A stretch of DNA of 63,641 nt, filler included, from Octopus bimaculoides (taxonomy: Eukaryota): NCBI RefSeq assembly GCF_001194135.2. It is 5 parts of 4 records of this genome, joined end to end, with 100 filler letters (N's around TTAATTAATTAA, not from the genome) between each part and the next. Parts side by side here need not be neighbours in the genome. Positions count along the whole stretch, not along the records: positions 18,533 to 41,080 come from NC_068990.1; positions 41,181 to 55,655 come from NC_068992.1; 3 more parts are not named here. One strand, given 5' to 3'. Positions 37,341-51,059 of the stretch are shown here, piece by piece; position 1 is the first letter of the stretch, and the number at the start of each line of letters is the position of its first letter. The position numbers were made by a program, and so were the translations under genes. The notes under the pieces were generated by a model that saw only the letters and a program-made list of their open reading frames with translations, had not been told where the DNA came from and did no database searches.

Positions 37341-37377
37341 TCTTTGACGTTTCGAGCTACGCTCTTCAACAGAAAGA
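37341..37377 (-). ncRNA. Second minimal hammerhead-like motif with variant core (CUGUUGA)
   Basis: TCTTT-CTGTTGA-A-GAGC(gta)GCTC-GAAACGT-C-AAAGA: stem I 5 bp, stem II 4 bp, ACGT palindrome, GUC triplet. Confidence 0.6.
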
Positions 37378-37859
37378 ATACGGGGACAAGGAGAAAAACA
37401 CGGAGAAAAAAAATTGAATAGTGTTCAGTCAACGGTCAATACATACATACATACATACATACATATCTATATCTATCTCTGTGCGTGCGTGTGTGTGTGT
37501 TTGTGTACTACTATTCATCATTTTCAGTGCAAGGACACAATCGATGACTGCAAGAATCTCCGTCAAAATCCTTAACTACCATTTTGGAATAATTTCAGCT
37601 TGTCATACTTCCCATACGATAAGAATTACTGTTATCATCTTAAATTTGTTTCTTTCTTTCTTCTTTACATTCAAAGTTTTAGGGCTAACTTTCACACCTG
37701 AGTACCTAACTCACCAGGGTCAATTTTACCTTTCATCCTTTAGAGTCTATAAAAAAATGAAGTACCAGCCAAGTAGTGGGGTCTTTTGGCATCAACTAAA
37801 CCTCTCCCTTCAAAATTGCTAAACTTGTGCCATGATTAGAAACCATCATCATTATTATT

Positions 37860-38865
37860 ACTATATTACTATGGGTTTTTCTTCTATCAGTTTTGTTTCC
37901 TTTTCTTGCAGAGTTTTTCCGAAACTCACTGTATACATTGATAGGCCATTAAAATAAACATACCAAATTGTTCTGCTTATTTACAGAATCAAATAAAGTT
38001 AGATTATAAAAAAAATTATTTACCTGAATGGTAATCGTTCTCAAAGCGGCAATGCTCTTCTCAATACATGTGATGTACCAGTTAATACAATCTTTTGCAT
38101 TTCCTACAGAGCTGGTAAGCCAGAAATCATTCTCAAATAATTTTCCGTTCCTTTTTTTGATCATTCCTAGAGCCACCTACAATTAGTGGTATTATGACTG
38201 CCTTGAGACACCACATTTTTTTCTATTTCAATAAGCAAATCTTATATTTTCAGAGTTTGTCAAATTCTTTTGTCGAAATATTATGACCACAAGGAATGCT
38301 CATGTCGATCATTTTGGTCTTTTACAATAATATCCGGTTTATTAGCTTTGATCGTTCTGTCAGTATGTACTAGGAAGTGCCAAAGAATCGTTACATTTTC
38401 TTTCAATTACAGCCTCAGGGTAACACTTATTCCACTTGTCAACAGTTTTGATTTTATACATTAACCAGTGTAGATATTGACCAATCATGTCTGGTGCTAA
38501 AACTTTACCTCCAGAGATCAGCTAGTTCACTGTTTCAATTTTATCATTGCAGAATCGGTACTTTGGATCTACTCTATTTTTCATCACATTGGCTTGGTTG
38601 TTCCAGTTCAATAAGCTTTGATTTTGAGCTGCTAAGATGAAGCCTTCACACTCTACCTTTAGCCAGAGCTTTGTAGCCACTGATGGATATGCTTCTGGTC
38701 GATCTCAGCTTGTTTACTACGGGCCAATATTTACCATGCAGAGATTTCCTTAAAAACAGTGAAGCTTCTTACCTCTCTCGTGATTTTCAATGAGTTTTAA
38801 CATCCAGTTGCTAGTTGTTTTAAGATATTTGGCCAATTCAGTTGCAGTGGTTTTGTAAGAAGGTT
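37860..38865 (-). mobile_element. R4/Dong-like LINE 3' fragment
   Basis: HQWLQSSGLKVECEGFILAAQNQSL, RFCNDKIETV, frameshifted VGALGMIKKGTENYLRMISGLPAL.EMQKIVLTGTSHVLRRAL; microsatellite flanks. Confidence 0.82.
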
Positions 38866-38870
38866 TTGTT

Positions 38871-38914
<44 letters not shown>

Positions 38915-38917
38915 TAT

Positions 38918-39365
38918 TAAGGCGGTGAGCTAGCAGAATCGTTAGCACGCCGGGCAAAAAGCTTAACGGCATTTTGTCCGTCCTTACGGTCTGAGTTCAT
39001 ATTCCGCCGCGGTCGACTTTTCCTTTCATTCTTTCGAGGTCGACAAAATAAGTACCAGCTGAGTAGTGGGGTCGATGTAATAGACTTACTCCTCCCCCGA
39101 AATTGCTAACCTTGTACCTATAGTAAATAGGATCATTATTATTATCATTTATTATAGAGCTAGTAGAAGGTGGCGAACTGGAAGACTCGTTAGAACGACA
39201 GACAAAAATGTTTGGCGACATTTCTTTCGACTTTATGCTCTGAGTACGTTGCACCGGCGTTAACTTTGCTTTTCACTTTTCGGGGTTGATAAAATGTGTG
39301 CCAGCTGAGCACTGGGGTTGATGTAATCTCCCACAAAATTCCAGGCCTTGCGCCTAATGTAGAAA
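38918..39365 (+). mobile_element. Two tandem SINE family A copies
   Basis: TAAGGCGGTGAGCTAGCAGAATCGTTAGCACGCCGGGC head and a second, older copy. Confidence 0.85.
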
Positions 39366-39369
39366 GGTT

Positions 39370-39404
<35 letters not shown>

Positions 39405-39420
39405 GTAGTAGTAGTAGTAA

Positions 39421-39473
<53 letters not shown>

Positions 39474-40014
39474 TCGTTATCGCTCATTAGTATATAAAAT
39501 ATAAAATTGTATTTATTTTAATAGCCTTGCAATATTAAGGAAAATGACATGAATATGGTATGAAATAAAACTAAAATATTGATTTATAAAATTCACAAAT
39601 TTAGTAGCTACCCAGAATCCATCAAATTTGTTTTGTATTGAGGATTGCTAACAGTGATGCCAACAGCAGTAACTCTCTCTCTCTCTCTGCTCTCTATAGA
39701 TTTTCTTTTGTTACTACGAGAGTAATAAATCAATTCAAACATTAAGTATCATATATATACTGCTTGATTTTTTTTTATAATAAACTGTATCTATTAATAG
39801 TTTTTAACACTATTGATTTCATTGGTTGGCAAATTTGCAATTTATTCCCTTTTGAATTTTGAAAGAGTATTATTGACGTATGTAGAGTGAAACTTTTCCA
39901 ATAGAGTATCGAAACTAGGTCACAATAAACTTAGTTCCAACTCATGGCACTCACCGCGTTCCTAAAACAAAAATTTGCTCGAAGATAACTTTGAATTACA
40001 AATTAAATATATAC

Positions 40015-40204
40015 CATCTGGTTCTTCAGGACAGGTGGGAAATGCCTTCACATTTCCTACATCATCAGGAATTTGGAGCTGAAGTTTTTCGAGAAGGTCT
40101 TCTATAGCCAGTTTACTGGACTCTACATTGATGAAAATGTCATATTCACTGTCTTCCATCTGCGACCTGCGCGATTCGATGTGTGTGACGTTGACTTTGT
40201 TGTC
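40015..40204 (-). CDS. TPH: Aromatic amino-acid hydroxylase (likely tryptophan hydroxylase) ACT-domain exon: DNKVNVTHIESRRSQMEDSEYDIFINVE...CPEEPDG
   Basis: ctatttag acceptor, G|GTATAT donor, 190 nt, phase 0-1, like vertebrate PAH/TPH exon 3. VNxxHIESRxS...SExxIF and the terminal ..DG are TPH-like. PAH is not fully excluded. Confidence 0.82.
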
Positions 40205-40649
40205 CTAAATAGTGATGGAGAAAGAGCAAACTTTATTAACGCCACAAATTGTTGTTTTCTTTATCAGCATAAATATTTGTCTCTATGTTAGTGTATTTGT
40301 GAATTTGTGCATGAGAGAGAGAGAAGCTGAGAGGGTAAAAGAGATAGAAGAGGGCAAGAGAGAGAGAAAACGATGAAAGTAAACAAGAGATACAAATCGG
40401 GAGGATAGCAAGTGAAAGGAAGAGGGAGAAAAGGATAAAGAAAGGTGTGTAAGAAAGCAATAAGTGGGGAGAGAGATTTCTCTCACACCAAATTACTCTG
40501 ACCGTAGCAGCTTTTCGAACCTTCTTTCTCTTCTTATATAGGACCGTTTGTTTTATGTCAAAGGATACGGGCCGATACAGTTGGGCAGGAATGAATTTAA
40601 AGAACACGATTATGAGAACTTCACTCTCTCCCTCTTCACCTTTATTTAC

Positions 40650-40935
40650 CATCTCTTCCTTGTTTCCACCACAAAGTTCAGTCCTTTTTTGCGGTGTGGG
40701 GGCTTGTGTGGTTCAATGATCCTCAGAGCAATGCCAACGGAACGCAAGCTCCCGGTAAGGCTTCTGATGCTGAATGGCTCAAAGAATAGAGGCCTACCTA
40801 GAAAAAAAGTAAAGTTACAGCAGTGTCGATGACAATTCAAAACCAAACTGGACCTGAGAGAGGAGAGAGGCATAAGAAGATAGCCCAGAGTCGAGAACAA
40901 TGGAGAAATGTCGTTGATGGTCTATGCTTACTAAA
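40650..40935 (+). mobile_element. RTE LINE C-terminal fragment
   Basis: GSKNRGLPRK...WRNVVDGLC-like. Confidence 0.55.
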
Positions 40936-41013
40936 ATATGATGCTCTTTCTCGTTTGCACACGGTTTCCGTACGAAGAGAACATCTGAAAATGGATATAT
41001 GAGCATATGTGTA

Positions 41014-41080
<67 letters not shown>

Positions 41081-41180
41081 NNNNNNNNNNNNNNNNNNNN
41101 NNNNNNNNNNNNNNNNNNNNNNNNTTAATTAATTAANNNNNNNNNNNNNNNNNNNNNNNNNNNNNNNNNNNNNNNNNNNN
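41081..41180. other. Artificial scaffold-joining spacer
   Basis: Same N44-TTAATTAATTAA-N44 construct. Confidence 0.95.
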
Positions 41181-43452
41181 CTTGCGGTGGGGTCTCTTTA
41201 TATAGTTTTATTGAGTGTGTAGGGGTGGAGAGAGAGATATATAGGATAGTAAGAGAGGGTGAGGAATGGAGGGAAAAGTGAGAGAGAGAGAGTGTGTGTG
41301 TTTTTTGTGTTGGTGTGTGTGTCTGTGTGTGCATGTGTGTGTCGATGGGAAAGAGAAAAGAAGAAAATTGGGTTCATAGCTGGTTAGTTCTTTTCAATGA
41401 TACGTTTATTTTTAGCCTTTTAAAGAAATGGCAAAAGCAGGTGTGATTGTTTTGAAGAAGTTGTTTTTCAAAAAGAATCTTTGGTGTCATTGTCTAGTAG
41501 GAGAGTGTGGGTGCGTTTTTGTGTGTGTGTGTGTGTGTATGTATGTGTGCGTGTGTGTCTGTGTGCGTGCGTGTGTGTATGCCTGTGTATTTGAAAGGTG
41601 TGACAGTGGGAAGAGGAGGGAAGAAGAAGATTCTGTTTACAGTTTACAGTTGGTCAGTTCCTGCAGTGACAAGTTTATTCTTGGCCTTAAAAAATATATA
41701 TATANNNNNNNNNNACCTATTAGACAGTATTTTGGGTTTTTTTTCGTTTTAGTGACAGGACACTGCCGTGATCTGTTTACTGTTTTACTATAATGCATGC
41801 AGAAACAGACAAAACAACCATTTATTTTCACTTTTAGACAGCAGGATGGCGGGGAGGGAGAAATTTTGGGTCAGATTTTTCATAAAAAATTTCAAATTAA
41901 AATTTGAATTTGTGTTTATTTTTTCCATATTCTTAATCTCTGTATTTTTCCCACATAGATTGATTGCAAAAAACAAAATAAATAAATTCGAAAAAAGTTT
42001 AAAAAAAAAGAACACATTAATTTCACATGAATTACATTGTCATATTACTGTGGGAAATTACTCTGAAGGAAATCTTTGTAGAAAGGTAAGTAGATTGATT
42101 ACATATTTCTGTCATTATGTTATTGCAGTTTTGTGAGATTTGGCTGTTATTTCTAGCATGTGGATAGCCTGCTTGAAGGTCAAGGCTAGAGAACCGAAAT
42201 TTTGAAAATGCGATTTATGAAAATTTGTTTTCAGAATCGGATCCTCCATAACCAAAAACGTGGAATTCTGTAAAAAACTATCAATAGCTATCCATTTTCC
42301 TGAAAGTTATGACAGAAAAATTGGATCTTGTGAATTTTCCAAAAGTCCCCTCCCCACCCCCGGGTTCATTTGCGCAAATTCTTTTGTCATATTTGTTTTC
42401 TACACAGTTGTTAACACCCAGCAGATTGGTTTTGTTTTTATTAACAGGTGAAGATCTTTATATTAACCCACCAAACTCCAATGACCATCATCATTATAAA
42501 GACTGAAATCATAAAGTACCAAACAAATCCAATCAACTAAACAGGGGTGCCCCTAAAAGCTCTTGCTCTCTCAGCTATTCATAACATCGGTTTCTTTCCT
42601 TTATTGTCATATAGGCTGATTCCTCTTGTAATTCACAGTTGCTATAAGTTGAATTTAAACCATTCCTCACTCTAGGCAATCTGACTTTATAAGCATGTAG
42701 TTAAAATTTTTATAACATAATATTATGATGAAAATGTTTTACTAGCAGACAATATTTTATAAATAAAATCCTGCTTCAGAAATATGTAAATTAATCTGCA
42801 CATACTTTCTACACAAAAAGGTTGACTGTATCAATGAGCTTTGCTCTTATTTGGAGGAGCAGTCAATATGAAACATTCCTGCAAGTTTAAAATATTACTA
42901 CATTTTATTTTTAAATTTTAACCAAATACCAAGTAATTAAATAGTCCTCACTGGAAAAGAAATAAACTGATATCATGGCAGATATTAATTATCCAACTAT
43001 TTGTAAAATAATGTTTTATAAGTGAGCTGACACAATGACAGTTCTCATAAACTATTATTCATTGCATTAGAAAAATATTAGAATGTGATTATAGATTACC
43101 ACATGGCCTCAAAAATAATCATCAATACATCACTAAAGGCATTGTTCAGTAGATTGTTCACTTATAGTGAACAATGACTATTATCCAGTAGAAGCTTCGT
43201 ATTACAAATACTCTTGGGAAAAGTATGAATGCTATAAAATCGTATTTCTTTAACTAATACCATAACTTTATAATCTTATACTAATGTAAATAATCAATAT
43301 ATTATCAATAATTCTGCTAAAATTCTTAAGTATGTTAATAACCATTCTGCTATCAGTTTACCATTGTAGAAGGCATCCATCCCTATTTTCACAAAGACAT
43401 TTTTTGTTTTCCTGCTACTTAGAGTTTACTGACTAAAATCATCATACAAGAC

Positions 43453-45745
43453 CAGAGGTTCTCAAACTTTTATGTGTCAGCCCCCTTACAGTTTTTTCGA
43501 TGAGTTGCACTCCCCTATAAAATGCAGGAGAGTCAACATGGAAAAAATGACATACATTTATGTGGCATAATTTCCAGTCTTTGAAGCACACTGCCCATAG
43601 ACACACAACCCCGAAAACCACAACTTAATCCAGACAATGCTCCATTGGGATACCATAAATACACATGAACATATGGAGAATCAATTGATCAATTTGTTAC
43701 AAAACAAATGAGAAACAAAAACAGTTAAAAAATATCCTGAGCATCCTGTATTAATAACTGTATTAATAACTGCATTTTGGCAGAAAGAAACCATGGGTCA
43801 TACATCAAAACTACAGTGTATATACATACATAACAGTGGTTCTCTAACTTTTGGCATCACCTTCTCCTTTCACCATGCTAGGGACGCTATTTCTCCCCAT
43901 TTTCAGGTCACTCCTCATACTGATTATCCAAGAGGTGCATATCAACCAATTTTCAGCAGAATTATAATAGCATCCAAAAATGTACTGAAGTTTCTGTCAA
44001 TTGGACAGATAGTATGCACGGAAAAAGACACAATTTTAGTAGAAACACCATCTTTTCCTCCCCCTCCTCCTCTGAAGGTTTGCCATCCCTTTTCCTGAAT
44101 CCCTAATACGTAACATGACAAAAAAAATTATATATGAAATTATTTATTCACAAAACGGACCATCTGTCATTTTATTTACAGCAAAGTAACCAGCTCTTCT
44201 GTGTTTAGCTCTGTTTTGGAGAGAGCAACCTTCATTTCTTGTGTTTCATCCAGTTGATTTCATGACATCCAATTGATTTTGTGATTTCCTTTTGAATGCA
44301 AGGAAAGTGGAAAATGCAGTCTGACACTCATAGATATTTGGAAATGGCATCAGTACTTTAAGAGGCATCTTTGCAACATCAAGATATGACTATGCCATTT
44401 CAATCCAAAAGTCAGAACAGTGCATTTTATGGAAAAAAACATTTTGCATCTCAATCATAGATCAAATCACTGAATTGCTCTTGAATTAAATTGTCTCCTG
44501 TTGGTAGATTGCTAACAGAGAGTACAAAGGGGTTCCTGATAAAGCAGAGGTATTTGTCAAAGTCATGAAGATCAGGAAAATAAAGAGAATATTTCTCTGC
44601 CAAGTATTGACACATGTTGTTTCATGAGTTCAATGATATCACCATCGACATGAAGCTCATTTTCATCAATAAACATGTTTAGTTGAGGAAATGATGCAAA
44701 GTTCTTTCTAGTCAACATTGGGTGACAAAGTTCAAGCTTCATTTTGAAGGCAGTTAGTTTTTCATGAGAATGAAGCAGGGTTGTATCTTTCTCTTGCAAT
44801 AAAAGATTCACTGACTTGAATATGACCACCAAAAATGTCAAGCAGATCAGAAAATGCAAATCTGGCTTGGCATCTTGTAAAAAATCATGGGCTTCTTTTT
44901 GTAGAAGGAAGACCCTCTTGATTGTTTTTCCTCTCAAAAGCTATCTCACTTGTGAATGCAAAAGAAGCATTTCAAATTCAGAATCACTTTCTTTGTACAA
45001 ATTGGCAAACCGACAGGAGTTGAGCGCATTTGCTTTGATGAAGTTCCCCACTGTAATCACGTAAGTCAGAACAATTTTTAATTCATCAGGCACAGTTTTT
45101 ACCATTAGTGTTTGTGGATAAATTGTGCAGTGTGTACCAATAGCACCTGAGGATTTTTCTTTCACCAAAGTCTGAAAACTGGAACGGCAACCAAGCATCA
45201 CCAAGGTGCCATTGGTATACACATCAATGACATGCTTCCAGTTGATATCATGTGCCTCAAAAAGTTTGTCCACTTTGTTTAAATATTTCCCTTAGGGTAG
45301 TTTTGGTAGTGAGGGTTTCTGTCAGCTTCATTTCTGAAGAAGTCAGCATCTTTATTTTATTGGACTAGGATGCTTCATTTCAAAGTGCCTCTTTAACTTG
45401 CTGGGCTTTAATGAGGTAGATGCTAAAACCTCAGAGCACAAACACTGTGGTTTCCTTCTCCATGCCGACAGCACATGCAGGACCTACCAATATACCTGCA
45501 TATTTTCTATCGGCCAATCACACTTGTTGTACAACAAGTGTAATGAGCGAATGAGTGTGTAGGAGTGGCATAGGTTTTTGAGGCTAATGACAAAAAAGGA
45601 TGATAGCATGTGAAAAAAATGTAAGTCTTGAAATTTTTAAACTTAACTCACTTGTTTTCATGATACTTCACCGTCCCTTTGCAGTCCTTCTAAAATTGTT
45701 TCACAGTCCCTTAGAGGACCATGGACCCCAGTTTGAGAACCACTG
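43453..45745 (-). mobile_element. hAT Buster/Charlie-type (ZBED5-like) transposon, degenerate transposase
   Basis: TIRs CAG(A/T)GGTTCTCAAAC and a perfect 8-bp TSD TACAAGAC. Motifs: INWKHVIDVYTNG..VMLG, THCTI, NFIKANALNSCRF..L......E..LLLHSQVR, LLHSHEKLTAFKMKLEL. Confidence 0.92.
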
Positions 45746-48164
45746 TACAAGACAATGTGAGTTTGAGAAACCATTAAGATAATGGCACACACTAAGGTTG
45801 TAGTCTACAAATTTTGTGACCTCAATGTACTGCTTTTTGGTAGTGAGACCTGGACCTTCAACTCCAGACAAGTGTGTCATCTCAATATCCTTCACCAATA
45901 TAGCATGAGTTGGATACTGTAACTTAAGTTCACTTCCTGAATCCTGGCTTGTGCACAGGCATCAGAACTCTTCATCTTAATGCAACAATGATGCATCCAC
46001 TGGCTGGGCCATGTTTACTGCTTGTTAGTTAGGAAAATCTCAAAAGATTTGCTGTAGGATTGTCATTTTACTATCAAAAAGCAGTTTGACTCTTCACTGA
46101 ATTTAATTAATATAAATGGATTCAAATTCTAGGGTAGCTTAATCACTCTTAGTTAATCAAAATCAGTCATTAAGATGATGTTAGTTGTTTTCATCATTAC
46201 AGATATAATTTAAATTAAATATAGTTTCTTGATTCATTACATCAAATGTGTTGACTACCCAATTACTACATGTATGATATATATGATATGGTTCTGGAGA
46301 ATATATTACAAGAATGATTCAATGAAAACTCAACTTGCAGGAGAAATTAATCAGAACTAATCAAAAATTCAAAAATTAAGGAGAAAGCATCAGTATCAAG
46401 AAATGGCAAAAGTAATTCATAAATAATAATGATGTACATATTCATTCTTGATACGTTCCAGCAGATGTAAGCATGAATACGTTAATCACTGTTGTATTTC
46501 ATCTTTGGAGAACAATTCCTCTTTTCAGTTGACATGTGTTCATAACACACTTGATTATCTAAATGAACTGAGTGTGATGAAAACATATTGTCTGAAATGT
46601 GAAGTTTTTCTCAGAAGACAAAATGCAACAATGATTAGCATCTTCACATTCAAATCTGCCAGAACATTTTAAGAATGAATATATACATCATTGTTTTGAT
46701 TCTCAGTGTTCTCCATGCACATGGCAATTTATAACAATTTATAAATGCACTTGAATAAGGTTACTGTTATGCAAAGGAAATATATTAACATACCTTATAC
46801 AAAGCAAAAATGCTATAAACTAAAACAAGAAACAATGAAGGAACTCAATGAGTATATAATAGAATGTGTTGATGTACAGGATGATGTAGGAGAAACAAAC
46901 AGAGTGGAATATAAGAGAAATGGTGGAATTAGGACAACACTATAAGATCAAAAGAGATGAAACAATAACAGAAAAGCTATGTATCAAAATAAAATGAAGT
47001 TTACTGTTACTGTTTAATGTGTTTTACTTTTCTAGTGTTTACTGGCACTCTAAAATACAAACTAAAAACCAAATCACTTAAGTTAGTGCTCTATAGGTTT
47101 AAATGCATTTTGTAGCTTGGCAAGTGAGAAGAATTTCTTGACATTTTTATACTGTGTGCTTGCTTTCTTGCTCACTACTTCAATAGCAGCAAAGTACTTT
47201 TGAGATTTGTTTTTCATATCACAAGACAAGTTGGAAATGTTTTTGGCAGGTGTCGATTCACTGATCACATATATCGCAATTACATCAATGTAGTAACTGC
47301 CAATATATTCCAGTATGCCATGTTAAATATAACAGCTCACTTCTTATAAATACTCTTTTTCCATTTGTTTCTCATTGATTATAGAAAGTAGTTTAAATGT
47401 GTTAAATTTAAAGAGAATAGTTAGTTGCATTTAGTTTCAGTGTAACACATTAAGTTAGTACCAATTCCAAACAGATTGACAAGTGGAGTGGCACTGAATG
47501 AGATACAATAATTCAAATATCTATAGAGGAGAGATCATTATCCAAAAAGAAGCACTGCTTAGTTCTGGATTCATATTAAGCAGGTGTGAGATAAATCTTA
47601 GACTTGAAAGAATGACATTCTATAGTAGGTTTTATTTGCCTAATCTACACTCCTAATAGCTAAGTAAAGTGAACTCCATAGAAATGACTTGCCTGTCCAA
47701 ACATACAGCAAATTTTTGGCATTAGATATTTAACTTTCAGATATTTAACTCTTTCCAATTTACACACTATTATACAAATAAATAAGTAGATAAAACATAA
47801 AAGAATACTGTAAGAAGTTTAAAAAAAGTTTTTTCAACAGTTTACATGTTTACATAGTTTCATCAAGTCTGACCAACACAGATATAATTTCTACAATATA
47901 AACGTGGGCCTCTTCAAAATGAATATATCCAGCACTAGTTCCTGAAATTTACTAAATTTCACCAAACCATAGAATAAGTGGTAGACTACTATTTAACAAA
48001 AAATTAATAATAATATTGGTTTCAAATTTTGGCACAAGGTCAGCAATGTTGGGGAGGGGTAAGTCAATTACATTGACCCCAGTGTTCAACTGGTACTTAT
48101 TTTATTGACCCTGAAAGGATGGCAGAGTCGACCCTAAAAGTATATGAACTGAGAACATTAAATG

Positions 48165-49380
48165 AGAAGAAATCCTCTGGCTAAATTTAAGGAAGAGGTG
48201 TGGAACAAAGTTAGAGATATCAAGTTCCACAAACATTCCATAAGGAACTTGCACCTTAGGAAATTACACCAAATAATTAAAGAAATTAACAGCAAACCTG
48301 GAATATTAGTGCACTCAGATACAATAGGGAATGTCTACCACATGGATTATAATGATTACAGCAACCTAATCAAAGAAAATTGTAAAGGACTACAGCAGAG
48401 AATACCTTACTCAATATTAACAAGGCCAACAAACAGATTATGTGAACTTGGTATAGATGACAGAACAGAACCATACAAACCTAGGACACTGAGGATTACT
48501 TTAAAAGACCATGAACCTAACTTTACCACTAAAGCCTTGGTCAGGCTTATTTGCCCTTCCAAGTTAGATATAAGAAGACTAAGTAAACTGACAATCGACA
48601 AGTACATACCCATACTTAGAAATAGGATTAAGCTGGATTTACAGTCAAATTCCTTTGTAGTACCTCTGGTACTACACTGGTTTAGGAACATTAAGGATAA
48701 ATAGAACACACAAAATTCATACAAATAGACATATCCAATTACTACACTTCCATCAATCTCATACTGCTAGGAAAAACTCTCAGATTACAAAGGAGGAAAT
48801 CAATATTATAAAAGAAGTTAGAAAAATGATTATAGAATATGAAGGCAAACTCTAGATGAGGAAAGATAGACCTAATAACTTCGACATAACCATGGGTATG
48901 AGCAGCTCTGTTCAAGTGAGAGATCTAGTGGACATTTACATTTTAAGATGCATAGGTGCAGAGTTTCTGGAACTAGGGAGAAAATGGTATAGGGACGATG
49001 CACTCTTTACTGTACAAAATTGTAACATATGCATATTAGAGAAGTATAGGCAGAAACTCATAAAATTCATTAAGCAACTAGGACTTATGATATTGATAGA
49101 AACTGAGTATAGTAGAGTTTATTTTCTGGATATCACACTCGACTTTAGCACTGGAATACATCACACTTTCCATAAGCAAAATGAAAACCTTAAGTATGTA
49201 AGCAGAGGATTTAATCATCCAAACAGTATCATGAACTCCATACTCAAGGGGATGTCAATTAGAATCTCTAGGTTATCAGCCAATGGGGACATTTTTTAAA
49301 AGACACTGGCGATACATGGCATTAATGGAGGCCAGTTACAGCAGGAAAATCCAACATAGCCTCTGTGGTGGTTCATGAGT
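48165..49380 (+). mobile_element. Penelope-like element RT (non-Penelope/Poseidon type; Neptune/Naiad-like), degenerate
   Basis: ITLKDHEPNF...VRLICPSK, FDITMGMSSSVQVRDLVDIYIL, WYRDDAL, YFLDITL, NHPNSI...I..R.SRLS. Confidence 0.8.
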
Positions 49381-49381
49381 A

Positions 49382-50903
49382 CAGACATGACAGAAGTAAA
49401 TAGATACCATTATAATCATTAAAATTTACTTGAATCTGAAATTATACATTCAAATTATTTATTAATTATTATAATGTATTATTTATTTGTTTATGCACCC
49501 TTTTAAAGCCTAGCCAGGCTCATGGGCCCGGTTTCCCAGTTTCTATGGCATATGTGTTCCTCCCAAGTGGACGGGATGCCAGTCCATCGCAGTGTTACTC
49601 AAGAAACAGGAAGAAAGAGTGAGAGAAAGTTGGGTTGAAAGAGTACAACAGGGGTCACCACCACCCCCTGCCAGAGCCTCGTGGAGCATTTAGTTGTTTT
49701 CACTCAGTAAATACACACAATGCCTGGTCTGATAATCGAAACCGCTATCCTCCGACCATAAGTCCACTGCCCTAACCACTGGGCAATTATTATAATGTAA
49801 ATATCAAATATTTACTAGACATTCCCTTTGCATTCTTCAATGCAAAGACCCTATTAGGCAGGCTACTGATCAGATGACGAATATTCTCTTGAGGAATTTC
49901 TTTCCAAATTTCATGGAGTAATCTCAAAAGATCTGGCTTTGAGGATGCTTTCTTTTTCTATTCATGAAGTATTCTGTCCATTATGCCCCAGAGGTGTTCA
50001 ATAGAGTTCATATCTGGTGACTGGCTTGGCCATGGAGGCTTTTTAATGCCATTCTCTTCCAACCAACCTTGGCTCTTTTTAGCCATGTGACAAGGAACCA
50101 CATCTTCCATAAATAATCTTTAATCATTTCACCACTGGAGAAGTTTGGAAGGAGTCCTTTCTGCAATATGGACATATATTTATCTGAGTTTATGTTTCCC
50201 CCACACTCCACCAGCTCTGATCAACCATGGCTTCAAATTGCTCCTCAGACCATCACAGAATAGCTGCTGTGTTTCATATTGGCTACAATCTTTTCACATC
50301 AAATTCTTGATCACGGAGTCTCCAGACCCACACTCAACCATTGTCAGAAAATACAGCAAATCTGGACTCATCAGAGAATATGACAGTATCCCAAAATGCT
50401 AGTGGCCTTTACACTATCTTACTGGCCCAATCTTTTCTCCAATTGATATTGGATGTTTGAAGAAGTGGCTTCCTTCTTGCTGCTCTGCCATAGTAGCCTA
50501 GTTTGTGGAGATACCTGACAGCTGCTCTTGTTCTGCTATGTCAGAGGCCTTGCAATGAGGATTATCTTCTTAAAACAGTGAAGAGTGCTCTCAGAGGACC
50601 TGGGTGAGGTGATGTGGACTCCTTCCTCTCTCTGGTGAATTGTACAATCATTCTATTAACTGTAGAAAGTGGGATCCCATGGTTTTCTGTGATTTTACAC
50701 TCAGTCCACCTTCAGATTTATCCACAATATAGTCTCTTTAAAATTTGGACAGTTCCAAGGCTTCTTTTGTATGTAGCATGATAAAAGAGCCACATTTAGA
50801 ACATGAAACATAAAAATGCCAATTAACAAAAAATATAAACCTTTTCAAGTTAAACAAAAAAAGGTGTCTTATAGGGTGTCTATTTACTTCTGTCATGTAT
50901 GAG
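49382..50903 (-). mobile_element. Tc1 transposon, degenerate, nested in the PLE and carrying a nested SINE (~49490-49785)
   Basis: TIR core CATGACAGAAGTAAATAGA(T/C)ACC at both ends; WDTVIFSDESRF, GNINSDKYMSILQKGLLP, WPSQSPDMNSIEHLWG-like. Confidence 0.82.
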
Positions 50904-51059
50904 TACATTATGGTAAAGCAGTGGGAGAGTGGAATGCTCCCCATAAATAGCAAATTGCAACCATCAATGGAACACAACAGCAAGGAAATAATTTATGTCT
51001 AGGATTTCAAACTCACCTGGAGACAAACACAAATGATCCTCTGCCTACAAGAACGAGAG

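Noticed and set aside
38024-38176. 153-nt open frame with AG/GT borders, resembling an exon
   Set aside because: It is the frameshifted C-terminus of the R4/Dong LINE (VGALGMIKKGTENYL...), and its phase is incompatible with TPH.
42448-42506. Strong plus-strand acceptor followed by a short ORF and long AT-rich tract (possible terminal exon)
   Set aside because: No upstream exon or recognisable peptide; cannot be supported from sequence alone.
45701-45920. Minus-strand frame beginning YPTHA (resembles TPH YPTHAC)
   Set aside because: The rest does not match the hydroxylase, it is on a different scaffold, and the frame ends at the hAT insertion site.
47083-47268. Lys-rich minus-strand ORF
   Set aside because: No start or acceptor support and no recognisable homology.
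51017-51044. 28-nt minus-strand segment with good acceptor and GTGAGT donor
   Set aside because: No partner exons or homology, and it lies at the edge of a decayed PLE on the opposite strand.
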